A stretch of DNA of 64,000 bases from Vampirovibrionales bacterium. Lineage in GTDB: Bacteria; Cyanobacteriota; Vampirovibrionia; Vampirovibrionales; JAJTHC01. The notes under the pieces are model-generated. The model saw nothing but the letters and a program-made list of their open reading frames with translations, was not told the DNA's origin and did no database searches. The stretch spans positions 1,753 to 65,752 of the forward strand of contig JBIKNF010000010.1 in assembly GCA_044358835.1 (NCBI GenBank). Reading direction: 5' to 3'. Shown one piece after another: positions 28,190-37,220 of the stretch; positions within the stretch are counted from its first letter, which is position 1; each line of letters opens with the position of its first letter. The translations under genes and the position numbers were made by a program.

Positions 28190-29701
28190 TTGATGGCCAA
28201 AGTAAAACGTAAGTATGTCTGTCAGTCCTGTGAATATGAATCGGCGGTGCATGTGGGGCGCTGCCATAATTGTGGTGCGTGGAATAGCTTTCAAGAAGTC
28301 GTCGAAGCCCCTGCTTCGCTCACACAAGTGCCAGCCTACGCCAGCTTAAGCCGTGGGGATTTAGATCTAGAAAGTGAAGCCTCATGGAGCGGGAACATCC
28401 CCACGCCGTCTTTCAGCGGCTCACCCCTTTCAACGGTTCCGCTTTTTAGCACCGATAAAATTCAGCTCATGCCGTTGTCAGATGTGGATATGACCACAGC
28501 ACCACGATTTTCAACCTTAATGCCTGAATTGGATCGTGTCTTGGGCGGAGGTTTACTACAAGGGGCATACATCTTGGTGGGGGGCGACCCTGGTATTGGA
28601 AAATCCACTTTGATGATTCAAGCAGCAGCGAACTTAGCGGATTCTGGCAAAAAAGTGGTGTATGTGACAGGTGAAGAATCAGGTGTGCAGATTAAGCATC
28701 GTGCGGAACGCTTACAGTTAAAAGGGGCATGCCAAATCTTGCTTCTGGCAGAAGTGAAGCTTCAAAACATTTTACAAGCCATTGTGGCCGAAAAGCCCGA
28801 TGTCCTCATTGTTGATTCTATTCAGTCGCTGATGGATGTTAATGTGTCTGGTACACCGGGTGCTAACAACCAAGTGAAAGCCTGTGCAAACGCTCTTATG
28901 CAAGTGGCGAAAGGCTTAAACATCACCACGTTTTTAATCGGTCATGTCACCAAAGACGGACAACTTTCAGGCCCTAAATTGCTAGAACACATGGTGGATG
29001 CTGTTTTGTACTTTGAAGGCGAGCGTTACAAGGATTTAAGGCTCTTGCGTTCGGTGAAAAATCGTTTTGGTTCTACCCAAGAAATGGGCGTGTTTGAAAT
29101 GCAGGAAAGTGGTTTGAAAGACGTCTTGAATCCTTCAGAAGTCTTTTTGTCGGATGCGGCGTTACATCCAGTCCCTGGGTGTGTGAGCGTCTGTTGTTTA
29201 GAAGGGAGTCGCCCTTTATTGATCGAGTTGCAGGCTTTAGCAGGGCAAAGCGTGTATGCGTCGCCTAGGCGTGTGGTCAATGGGGTAGAGACCAATCGAT
29301 TGCATCAGGTAATTGCGGTATTGGAGCGTCGGGTGGGGTTGAGCTTTGCGGATCTAGACTTGTACATCAATGTGGTAGGGGGTATGAAAATTGATGAACC
29401 TGCTGTTGATTTAGGCATGGCCTTGGCATTGGTGACCAGTTTGCGAGACGTAAGCGTCAAATCAGGCACGGTGCTGATGGGGGAAATTGGGCTGACAGGG
29501 GAAATTCGTCGCGTGCGTCGTTGGAGAGAACGACTAATAGAAGCCATAAAAATTGGATTTACCCGCATTGTGTTGCCTTGGCCACAAGGCCGAACACAAG
29601 CCGAAGATGTAGAGGCCTTGAAAAAAGAGTTGCCTGTGGGTGTAGAACTTTACTTTGTGCGTAATATCCGAGAAGCCATTACCGCCTGTTTAGACGCTTG
29701 A
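28190..29701 (+). CDS. radA: DNA repair protein RadA/Sms
   Basis: N-terminal zinc ribbon CQSCEYES...CHNCGAWNSF, Walker A box GGDPGIGKSTL, a KNRFG motif, and a Lon-protease-like C-terminal domain. A roughly 60-aa Ser/Pro-rich insert follows the zinc finger. Confidence 0.9.
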   Translation: MMAKVKRKYVCQSCEYESAVHVGRCHNCGAWNSFQEVVEAPASLTQVPAYASLSRGDLDLESEASWSGNIPTPSFSGSPLSTVPLFSTDKIQLMPLSDVDMTTAPRFSTLMPELDRVLGGGLLQGAYILVGGDPGIGKSTLMIQAAANLADSGKKVVYVTGEESGVQIKHRAERLQLKGACQILLLAEVKLQNILQAIVAEKPDVLIVDSIQSLMDVNVSGTPGANNQVKACANALMQVAKGLNITTFLIGHVTKDGQLSGPKLLEHMVDAVLYFEGERYKDLRLLRSVKNRFGSTQEMGVFEMQESGLKDVLNPSEVFLSDAALHPVPGCVSVCCLEGSRPLLIELQALAGQSVYASPRRVVNGVETNRLHQVIAVLERRVGLSFADLDLYINVVGGMKIDEPAVDLGMALALVTSLRDVSVKSGTVLMGEIGLTGEIRRVRRWRERLIEAIKIGFTRIVLPWPQGRTQAEDVEALKKELPVGVELYFVRNIREAITACLDA

Positions 29702-30482
29702 GCGTATAGGCTTTTTTACCATCCCTGTTACATTGTTTACAATAAAGGCAATTTTAAGATTTATTTTATCTTTATTAAAGCACAGAGGAAAGAGTCCTTC
29801 ACTCCTGTGCCTCTTCTACAAAACTCCTATTGTTGAATCCCCCTGATGTTTTACCCCCCTCCTTGTTCAAGCGTCGCTGATGTATGACGTGCTTCTACAC
29901 GTGATCTTTTTGTACGCACCATGGTTCAGATTCCCCGTTGCTTGTGTATCGAGCGACTTGTGTATCTGTTTCGGGTCTTATTCCCCTTTTTTGTTTCTAC
30001 CTGTTCCCCCCTATTAAATAAAGAGAAATAATCACTGCTATGTCGTTAACTGAACCTCAAATTTCGTCCTTATTAGGTTACATTGCTGAACCTGTTCAAA
30101 ACAAAGTGTCTCAAAAAAATCATGTAAACTTAAAAGAACTGATGGTAGTTTTTAAAGAAGTCGATGCCCAAAGAAACTTGCAAATGCCTTCAAGCATTGA
30201 GCAACGCTGGATCGATTTTTTGCCTTGGCATTCATTTAATTAATCAACGTTCACGGAACAAATGTTCTTCTAGCACTTTAAACGTCAAATGTTTTGCGGC
30301 AGGCGTTTTATTGAGACGCTTTATGTAACAAAATAAAACATTTAGCAATAAAATAGGTGTCAAAATATATCCCCCCTTGCAAGACAAGACAACTATTGAT
30401 ATTGTGAAGAATACCGTCACATTCAATCCTTATTTTATACGTCTTATTTGTACTCAAATAGTCAAAGAGAACCCCTTTATCT

Positions 30483-31550
30483 ATGGTTCGTCAAACTTTA
30501 AAGAATACTTACCATACGAGTTCATTGTACCTGCTAAAGTTCTTGGCATTTTTAGAATTGAATCCGTTGAAACGTGCTGAGCTGCAGGCTCTCTTTGAGC
30601 AGGATGCTGACTGTCTTTCCCCGCTTTCCACAGACACGTTACGTCTGTATGCCAATGCTCTTGAAGACCTGGGTTGCTTGTTGCAACGCCCTGACAAAAG
30701 CAACGATTTTCAATACAAGCTTAACTATTCCCCGTTTTGGGTGCAGTTTTCTTCTGAAGAATGGAAACTCCTTTTGCATAGTTTGGACAGCAAATTGAGG
30801 ACCTGCCATATCCAAAGTTTTGTGCGTGTTTATGAAATGGCCGAACATTTGCTGGCACAAAAATTTCTGACCCCCCAAGCCCAGAAAGACTTACAAGCAT
30901 TATTGAATCGCTATATTCAGCCCTTTCAGCTTAAGAATGTGAAAATTTTGGAACGTGCTACGGAATTAAATAGCTGGTTTTTGGTGCAGTATCAAGGAAA
31001 GGATGCCGTTTATGAATGGCAGGTATTACATGACGCACTGATTCTAGATCATCGTCGCTTGTATTGGCTTTGCTATCAGGTCAATCCTGAAACAGGCGAT
31101 ATTTCCCCTCTAATGCTGCGGCTAGATCGTTGTCGAAACATTTTTCCGATTCCTGCTGTGAAGGCTGACGTCTATGAGCCGACACGGCGCCGTATTTTAA
31201 GCTATATAGAAGAAGAACCTGTGTTAAGTTGTACGGTGGTATTGCCTAAAGGAATGAACTTTCTTTCCCCACGTTTACGGGGTGAACGGCTTGTGTTTTT
31301 AAGTCAAGACTCACAGCAAGCCTTACCTTTCTGGCAAGATATTACGGATTTTTATGGTGTAGAAACCTATGCAATACAGTACACCGTAAAAACAACCCAT
31401 TTGTTTTACCTCCTTCAGTGTTTAAAGTCCTCAGGTGGTTTCCTGATTCCTTTAACTTCTGCTTTTTCAAAAGCATTTGCCAACAGCCAAGAAAATAGGG
31501 CGTTTGAAAAGAAAAAAAGATCCGTAGAAGAAAGGGTAATGAGCGTATGA
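30483..31550 (+). CDS. Putative HTH plus WYL-domain-like transcriptional regulator (PafB/PafC/YafY-like), first of a tandem pair
   Basis: N-terminal HTH-like segment, a central HRRLYWLCYQVNPETGDISPLMLRLDRCRNI that resembles the WYL domain core (W-Y-L ... FRLDRI), and a C-terminal extension. Overlaps the next gene by 4 nt. Confidence 0.45.
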   Translation: MVRQTLKNTYHTSSLYLLKFLAFLELNPLKRAELQALFEQDADCLSPLSTDTLRLYANALEDLGCLLQRPDKSNDFQYKLNYSPFWVQFSSEEWKLLLHSLDSKLRTCHIQSFVRVYEMAEHLLAQKFLTPQAQKDLQALLNRYIQPFQLKNVKILERATELNSWFLVQYQGKDAVYEWQVLHDALILDHRRLYWLCYQVNPETGDISPLMLRLDRCRNIFPIPAVKADVYEPTRRRILSYIEEEPVLSCTVVLPKGMNFLSPRLRGERLVFLSQDSQQALPFWQDITDFYGVETYAIQYTVKTTHLFYLLQCLKSSGGFLIPLTSAFSKAFANSQENRAFEKKKRSVEERVMSV

Positions 31551-32533
31551 CCTTCTCAGGCGTTTCAGATCCTTTTAAGAAAACTCCTCCCCTGGTGATT
31601 CCTGCAGATTTGCATAGCACAGCAAAAAGGGTGCTCAGTATTATTTTAATTTTACTTGACGGCCTCAAGGTCGAAGAATCTGCTTTAATGGAAACCTTAA
31701 GCCCAAATGGCGAAGAACCCATTCCTTATAATACCTTGCGTAAATACATACGTACCTTGCGTTATGCGGGTTTTGACATTGTCAGAAAACGCTTTGAAGG
31801 TTCGGTTGTTTACTTTTTAAATGACACCAAATTTCATTTGGACTTAAGTGTTCAGCATGCCCAAGGCTTTGAAGAGTGGGTGAGCTATTTATCTAAATCA
31901 AGCTTGCTTTACCGTAAGTTGATGATGCTGGTGTCGCCACCTTTTCGGATTGGCTTTTGGGAACCCCATTTTGCGTATAATCAAGCTTCGAGTCTTACGA
32001 TGTTTGAGGGCAAGGAACATTTAAAACTTTTACAAGACGCCATCGCTTCTAAGGAGCTTTTAGAGTTTCAGTTGTATGACGATGTGCAAACTCAAACCCA
32101 AGTGGCTAGATTTTGGGCCAGACCTTATGCGCTTACCCAGTTTCGACAAAGAGATGCTGTTATTTCCGCTATTCATCCTTATAATCGCCAAGTGTTTTAT
32201 GTTAGGTTGAGTAATGTGAGGCAGTTACGTCAGGTGCCAAAACAGTGGTTGGCTTCTGAATGGCTTAAAACAATGGACTTTCAACTGGTGTTAGCCCCCC
32301 ATTTTTCTAAACGTTATGAACTCAAACCCCATGAAACACGGGTAGCCACTTCCCCAACGGGCGAAACCTGCATACAGGTTTCAAAGGAATTGCAATATAA
32401 AGCACTGTCTCGATGCATTAAATATGATACACTAACACAAGTGCGTGGCGCAGATGCCTTGAGTGAAAAAGTCCAAGCATTTCAAAACTTACAAACACGC
32501 ATTGCGGAAGAAGCCAAAATACCTTTCGCTTAG
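31547..32533 (+). CDS. Putative HTH plus WYL-domain-like transcriptional regulator, second of the tandem pair
   Basis: N-terminal AKRVLSIILILLDG...NTLRKYIRTLRYAGFDIVRKR (DeoR/YafY-type HTH) and a central LEFQLYDDVQTQTQVARFWARPYALTQFRQRDAVISAIHPYNRQVFYVRLSNVRQL, which follows the WYL pattern. Confidence 0.45.
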   Translation: MTFSGVSDPFKKTPPLVIPADLHSTAKRVLSIILILLDGLKVEESALMETLSPNGEEPIPYNTLRKYIRTLRYAGFDIVRKRFEGSVVYFLNDTKFHLDLSVQHAQGFEEWVSYLSKSSLLYRKLMMLVSPPFRIGFWEPHFAYNQASSLTMFEGKEHLKLLQDAIASKELLEFQLYDDVQTQTQVARFWARPYALTQFRQRDAVISAIHPYNRQVFYVRLSNVRQLRQVPKQWLASEWLKTMDFQLVLAPHFSKRYELKPHETRVATSPTGETCIQVSKELQYKALSRCIKYDTLTQVRGADALSEKVQAFQNLQTRIAEEAKIPFA

Positions 32534-32551
32534 AAGGTAGGCCGCAGGGAG

Positions 32552-33025
32552 ATGAATCTGATGCAAGTGTATGTGTTTTTCGGTAGTTTGGCGAGTTCCT
32601 TACTTATTTATGGGATTGTGTATTGGCAATTAAGGTCTTCTTTTTCTAATTTACTGAGCAATACGTTTCGTAAAAAATCAATGCCCTTATCTACAACGCA
32701 GAACCTTGCAGACCCAGTCAAACCTTCCAACCCTTCTTCACCAGTGACCCTTCATATAGAAGAACAAGGGTATTTAAGGCTTTTAAATGTGGTGTACTTT
32801 TTGTTTGTAGTCAATGGCTTGGTAACTGTGGCCAAAAAAGTGACTTCGTTACAAATTAAAAATTTTACTCAAGCTATTCAGATTTGGGCCGATATAACAA
32901 GTAGTCAACTTTTTTGGTTGGGATGCTTTGCCGTTTTGTACGTGGTGGCTTTATTGGTGATTAAAGATCGCTTGCAGGATTCGTTAGAAAATTCAGCGCA
33001 TAGCGATTCGCCACAACCTTGGTAA
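32552..33025 (+). CDS. Hypothetical integral membrane protein
   Basis: 157 aa with 3-4 hydrophobic helices. It is in the same operon-like string as the WYL-like pair and the pseudopilin. Confidence 0.4.
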   Translation: MNLMQVYVFFGSLASSLLIYGIVYWQLRSSFSNLLSNTFRKKSMPLSTTQNLADPVKPSNPSSPVTLHIEEQGYLRLLNVVYFLFVVNGLVTVAKKVTSLQIKNFTQAIQIWADITSSQLFWLGCFAVLYVVALLVIKDRLQDSLENSAHSDSPQPW

Positions 33026-33049
33026 ACTAAAATACAAGGAACTCGATGA

Positions 33050-33673
33050 ATGAAATTTTCCTGCTTTAATCGTTTTACTCAAGCGTTTACTTTGTCTGAA
33101 GTTTTAATTGTGTTGGGTATTATGGGCTTATTGACTACGATGTTTTTGCCATCTTTTATTGAAAATCAAACACGAAATAACTGTGCTTATCTAATCAAAT
33201 CGAGCATTTTGGCGTCTAATAGTCTCTTAGAAGACGCTTTTGCGTTTTCTCGAACCAATTTAATGAATGAAGCCGTTGAGCGCTTGACAACGATTCGTAA
33301 TTGTGGAGGCACCACGAATACGGCTACTACAGGAGGGTGTTGGAACACAACATCGCAACAAGCCTTACCCGCCAATGTGGCAAACGAAGGGGTGTTATTA
33401 AAGAATAACGCCGCCATCATTGGTTTTGATTCTACGGTACAGGCCACTGATGAACTCTTACGTTTTGTTATTGATGCCAACGGGCTAGCGGGTCCTAATG
33501 CTGTAGGGGTGGATCAAATCAATTTAGTCACTTGTACGACCGTCGCGTTTTGTCAAGCCAATACGACGATGCAAGGCCTCGCTGGGCAAGGATTCAAGGT
33601 GGTGCCAGGGCAATTGCTGCCTGTGGATGCTGCATCTGTGGCGCTTTACAACAGGGCTTTTCAACAAACGTAG
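33050..33673 (+). CDS. Type IV pilin-like or pseudopilin protein (prepilin-type N-terminus)
   Basis: Short basic leader MKFSCFNRFTQA, then FTLSEVLIVLGIMGLLTTMFLPSF: Phe at +1 and Glu at +5 followed by a hydrophobic helix, the canonical PilD substrate motif (Ala rather than Gly at -1). Confidence 0.55.
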   Translation: MKFSCFNRFTQAFTLSEVLIVLGIMGLLTTMFLPSFIENQTRNNCAYLIKSSILASNSLLEDAFAFSRTNLMNEAVERLTTIRNCGGTTNTATTGGCWNTTSQQALPANVANEGVLLKNNAAIIGFDSTVQATDELLRFVIDANGLAGPNAVGVDQINLVTCTTVAFCQANTTMQGLAGQGFKVVPGQLLPVDAASVALYNRAFQQT

Positions 33674-33796
33674 CGAACACTATATAAAAATAGCATCCGA
33701 ATACAACAACAAGGAGTCCTCATCAGAATAGACCGCAATTGTTCTAGGATGCTATTTCATCACATGAATACGAATTTCTTTCTTGAAGAGAAAAGA

Positions 33797-34447
33797 CTAA
33801 GAAATTGTACCTGCGTTGTAGGCCTGCATTAAACTGGGGTGATACCCAAAGGACGCTTTTTGTTGCTTGGCAGCCAGGGCTTTCGCCATAGCGGGTTTTT
33901 GAGACTCCACTTGTGAGGCTTGAGCCAAGTTGGCCCTTCCTATCGCCGCGACGTTGCGATCCGCCTTAGACATTTCGCCATAACCGCCAATACCTGCATT
34001 TTCAGGGGCGTGTGCAGAATCAACCAAGCCTTCACTTTGACGCTTAAAGTTCGACAAATACGAAGGGTTCATCATCGCTTGTTGAACGTCGAGCTGAGGC
34101 ACGGATAAACTCACATGCCCTGCAACAGTTAAGCCGTCTTGTGTTTCAAGCACAGGGCCAGAAGTAGACAACCCCGCTGCCTTGGCCTTGCTGTCATGCG
34201 CGCGTTCATGGGCCAATACGCCTTGTCGCGAATGTTCAGCCGCCGTGACCCCACTACTGTTCTTAAATTGAGACTTTGGGGTGTTTTCGTCGCCTACAAA
34301 GGTATTGCCAAACATCGTTAGGCGGTATTGTTTTTGTTGAGTCTTAGGCGCACCAGCACTCAGCGATTGAGCAGGGGTAAAAGGGGTTAAAGCACTTGAA
34401 AATCCAGACAAAGCGGAAAGAGCCATGATGTAACGTTTCCTTAGCAC
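33797..34447 (-). CDS. Hypothetical secreted protein (signal peptide; Ala/Gly/Ser-rich)
   Basis: N-terminal signal sequence MALSALSGFSSALTPFTPAQS. No recognisable domain. Confidence 0.4.
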   Translation of the reverse strand: MLRKRYIMALSALSGFSSALTPFTPAQSLSAGAPKTQQKQYRLTMFGNTFVGDENTPKSQFKNSSGVTAAEHSRQGVLAHERAHDSKAKAAGLSTSGPVLETQDGLTVAGHVSLSVPQLDVQQAMMNPSYLSNFKRQSEGLVDSAHAPENAGIGGYGEMSKADRNVAAIGRANLAQASQVESQKPAMAKALAAKQQKASFGYHPSLMQAYNAGTIS

Positions 34448-34863
34448 ACGTAACGATTAGAAGGGGATTGATAACGCGACAAAAAGGAAAAACCTTTTGC
34501 AACTCAATTCTACCTAAATTGTAGTAGATTAGCAAGCATTTTTTTCACAGTAGGGTGAAAACGTTAAAAAATCGTTACATTGTGATATTTTCAAGCAAAA
34601 TAGTCAAGAAAAAAGGGGTCTTGATGGTGAACCCCCTTGCAAACATTCTGACTATACCAAGGGAAACACGTGGCGTGTTCATGGTTGTTCATACGAGTGG
34701 TCTGTTCGGTAAACGAAACACACCGTGTATGAAAGAACCCCCTTGCTAAAGGGGTATCGTCCGTTGGGGTAAAAAACTTGAGCGACTGTTACAGGAGATT
34801 ACAAACCAGTCAAACCCCCACGAATTCAGCAAGTACGGTTGGGGAAAAGTGACACGAAACGAT

Positions 34864-35715
34864 TTAGTTGGCCGACGGCTTATTTAAAGGGCTAAAGTAC
34901 TCGGGAAAGTTTTCTTTGGCTTGGCGTAGGGTAAGGTCTCGACCCGCTTGGTTTAAAATAGCGCGGTTGCGTCGATTGGTTTCGACTTGACGTTTTTCCG
35001 CTTCTGGCGAATGACGATATGCGGAATACACGATCCCTGCAGCTGAACCTAGTCCCATTAAGAGCGGGAACCACTTAGAAAATAACGGTCGTTCGCCTTC
35101 AAGAACTGCACGTGCTTGTAGGTGTTTGAAGCCCGCCAAGGCATGATGTAAATCAGCCACAGACGCATTCGTATTGGCTCGAATACGGGTCAGTATGGCT
35201 TTGGCTTCGTTCGACAAGGATTTATCCTTCAAAGCGGTGGTGATTTCACCCCACAACTCATTTTTTGATGTTTCTTCGGGTATGGAGGCTAAATTGGTAT
35301 GGCTATGGGCTTCGGCACTTAATCTTTGATAGTCATACCTATTGGTGAATCTTTGATAGGCATTGTCAAGCAGTGTGAAAACTCCCGCAAGCAACATTCC
35401 ATCAATAAAAGCGAACACAAAGCTTTGTTTTTCAACAAGTTCTTTCGCTTTTTGAGGGTTGCCGACCTGTTCAGACAAGAACATATCAGCAGATAAATAC
35501 GGCTTGCCCACTTGTGTGGCTTCTCGTTGGGTTAAGGCTTCGTTCAAGCGTTTTTGGGCATCCCGCTGGGGGCTGTGGATGGATTCAACTGGTGAAGAGG
35601 GTTCAAGCATCACAAACACGGTGGTTTCTTCTTCGCTAAAGGCATTTGGGGCGCGATCTGCGGAAGGTAAAGCCGTAGACGGTTGAACGCGAGAAGCAAC
35701 AGCGGGAAACAACAT
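34864..35715 (-). CDS. Hypothetical membrane-associated protein
   Basis: 283-aa ORF with internal hydrophobic helices (FAFIDGMLLAGVFTLL; WFPLLMGLGSAAGIVYSAY). Confidence 0.4.
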   Translation of the reverse strand: MLFPAVASRVQPSTALPSADRAPNAFSEEETTVFVMLEPSSPVESIHSPQRDAQKRLNEALTQREATQVGKPYLSADMFLSEQVGNPQKAKELVEKQSFVFAFIDGMLLAGVFTLLDNAYQRFTNRYDYQRLSAEAHSHTNLASIPEETSKNELWGEITTALKDKSLSNEAKAILTRIRANTNASVADLHHALAGFKHLQARAVLEGERPLFSKWFPLLMGLGSAAGIVYSAYRHSPEAEKRQVETNRRNRAILNQAGRDLTLRQAKENFPEYFSPLNKPSAN

Positions 35716-35805
35716 GGGGGCGAATCCTTTGGAGTTGAAAGAGAAAAGCGCAGTCTAAATCTACCATACCCCCCTGGCCAAGTCAAGCCTGACGGCGGGG
35801 GCCAT

Positions 35806-37095
35806 CTAGTCAAGTAGATCAAAGATTCCTCCGAGGTTTCTTTGGGTGTAACGCAACTTGCGCAAGGCCAGGTTTTCAGTTAGACTAATTTTGTCTTTAC
35901 CACAGTTCATTTCTTTCGCTATTTGTTCAAGCGTCTTTGGATCCTCTCCATCTAGTCCAAAACGCTTTTTTAAAACAACCTGCTCTTTTTCTGATAAAGA
36001 CTCCAGGGCTTTTGCTAGCTTTTCCTTCAATTCAAGCATTGACAAGGGTTCAACCTCATCTGGCATTGTTGCACGAATTAATTCCAAAAGGGGCGTTTCG
36101 CTACCAGCCATTGGTGCATCTAACGAGACGGTTTTAAGACTAAAAGCTTCTCCCACCTCTTCTAGCCCCTTTGCGTTCCATCTACCCTTTGGGTCTGTCT
36201 GCTGTAAATGTTCAAGCAGTTCGCTAGGAGTAGGAGCTTGACCAAGTTCCTTCCGTAATGTAGTTGTTGCTTTGCAGATTTTAGACCATTTTGCGGGCAT
36301 ATGAACAGGAAGCCGAATCGTACGGGCTTGATTCGCAATGCCACGCGTAATGCCTTGTCGGATCCACCAATAGGCATAGGTTGAAAACTTATAGCCCATT
36401 GTGGCGTTAAACTTTTCCGCGGCACGGCTTAGGCCTAAATTACCTTCTTGAATCAGGTCTAGGTAGTCTAGCCCCTTACCCCGATATTCTTTTGCGACAG
36501 ACACCACCAAGCGTAAATTGGCCTTTATCATGCGAACATGCGCCCGCTTGGCGGCTCGAACTATTCTAGCCTGTTTTTGGCTTAACGTTGGACGACTAGA
36601 TACATTATTGTTCGCACGGTATGCTTTAAGTATATCGTCTAATTCTGGATTTTTGATTACTTTACCTTTAGAGTCCAGAATTTCGCCTAATTCCGTTTTA
36701 AGTTCGTCAAGGTATGCTTTAAGTAAAGCAGTAAATCCTGGATTTTCGATTTCTCCTTTCTCGGAGCTTAGATTTGGGCTTATTTGCGTTCTAAGATCTA
36801 GGAGGATTTTCTCCCCCGCCTGGATTTGGTGAGCCAACTCAATTTCTTCGGCAGGCGTAAGCAACGGCACACGCCCTATTTCTCTGAGAAAGTCTCCAAC
36901 ATTCTCACCCCAAGTTCTTTTATTCCCAGTTCTTTGGGTGGGGGTAAAACAATCCGTCGCAGGATTTTTAAAGCCCCCTTGAGATCTACTGGTCAGTTGG
37001 GTTGGGTTGGGTTGGGTTGGGTTGGGTTGGGTTGGGTTGACTGGACTGGACTGGACTGGGGAAACACCCCACCTATAAAGTAGTTGTAGCATCAT
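35806..37095 (-). CDS. Sigma-70 family RNA polymerase sigma factor, a divergent paralogue with an N-terminal repeat region and an insertion between regions 1.2 and 2
   Basis: Region 1.2 (FLREIGRVPLLTPAEEIELA), region 2 ([51 protein letters not shown]) and region 4 (LSEKEQVVLKKRFGL...LRKL). Strong similarity to the adjacent sigma gene. The N-terminus, VNPTQPNPTQPNPTQ, is encoded by pentanucleotide repeats. Confidence 0.75.
   Translation of the reverse strand: MMLQLLYRWGVSPVQSSPVNPTQPNPTQPNPTQLTSRSQGGFKNPATDCFTPTQRTGNKRTWGENVGDFLREIGRVPLLTPAEEIELAHQIQAGEKILLDLRTQISPNLSSEKGEIENPGFTALLKAYLDELKTELGEILDSKGKVIKNPELDDILKAYRANNNVSSRPTLSQKQARIVRAAKRAHVRMIKANLRLVVSVAKEYRGKGLDYLDLIQEGNLGLSRAAEKFNATMGYKFSTYAYWWIRQGITRGIANQARTIRLPVHMPAKWSKICKATTTLRKELGQAPTPSELLEHLQQTDPKGRWNAKGLEEVGEAFSLKTVSLDAPMAGSETPLLELIRATMPDEVEPLSMLELKEKLAKALESLSEKEQVVLKKRFGLDGEDPKTLEQIAKEMNCGKDKISLTENLALRKLRYTQRNLGGIFDLLD
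36997..37059 (-). repeat. Two adjacent pentanucleotide microsatellites, (TTGGG)8.6 followed by (ACTGG)4 on the plus strand, i.e. (CCCAA)n(CCAGT)n in the coding sense, inside codons 12-33 of the sigma-factor ORF
   Basis: Counted directly: eight full TTGGG units at 36997-37036 plus a partial ttg; four ACTGG units at 37040-37059. Confidence 0.95.
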
Positions 37096-37220
37096 GAAAA
37101 AAGCACCTATATTTCATCAAGAGAAAAGTAACACGCCTTGTAAAAATAACAAGCCTACATATGCTAGCACCCACCCTCTTTCAAGACAAGCCAGACTTTG
37201 CCAAGGGTGGGTGTGTTTTT

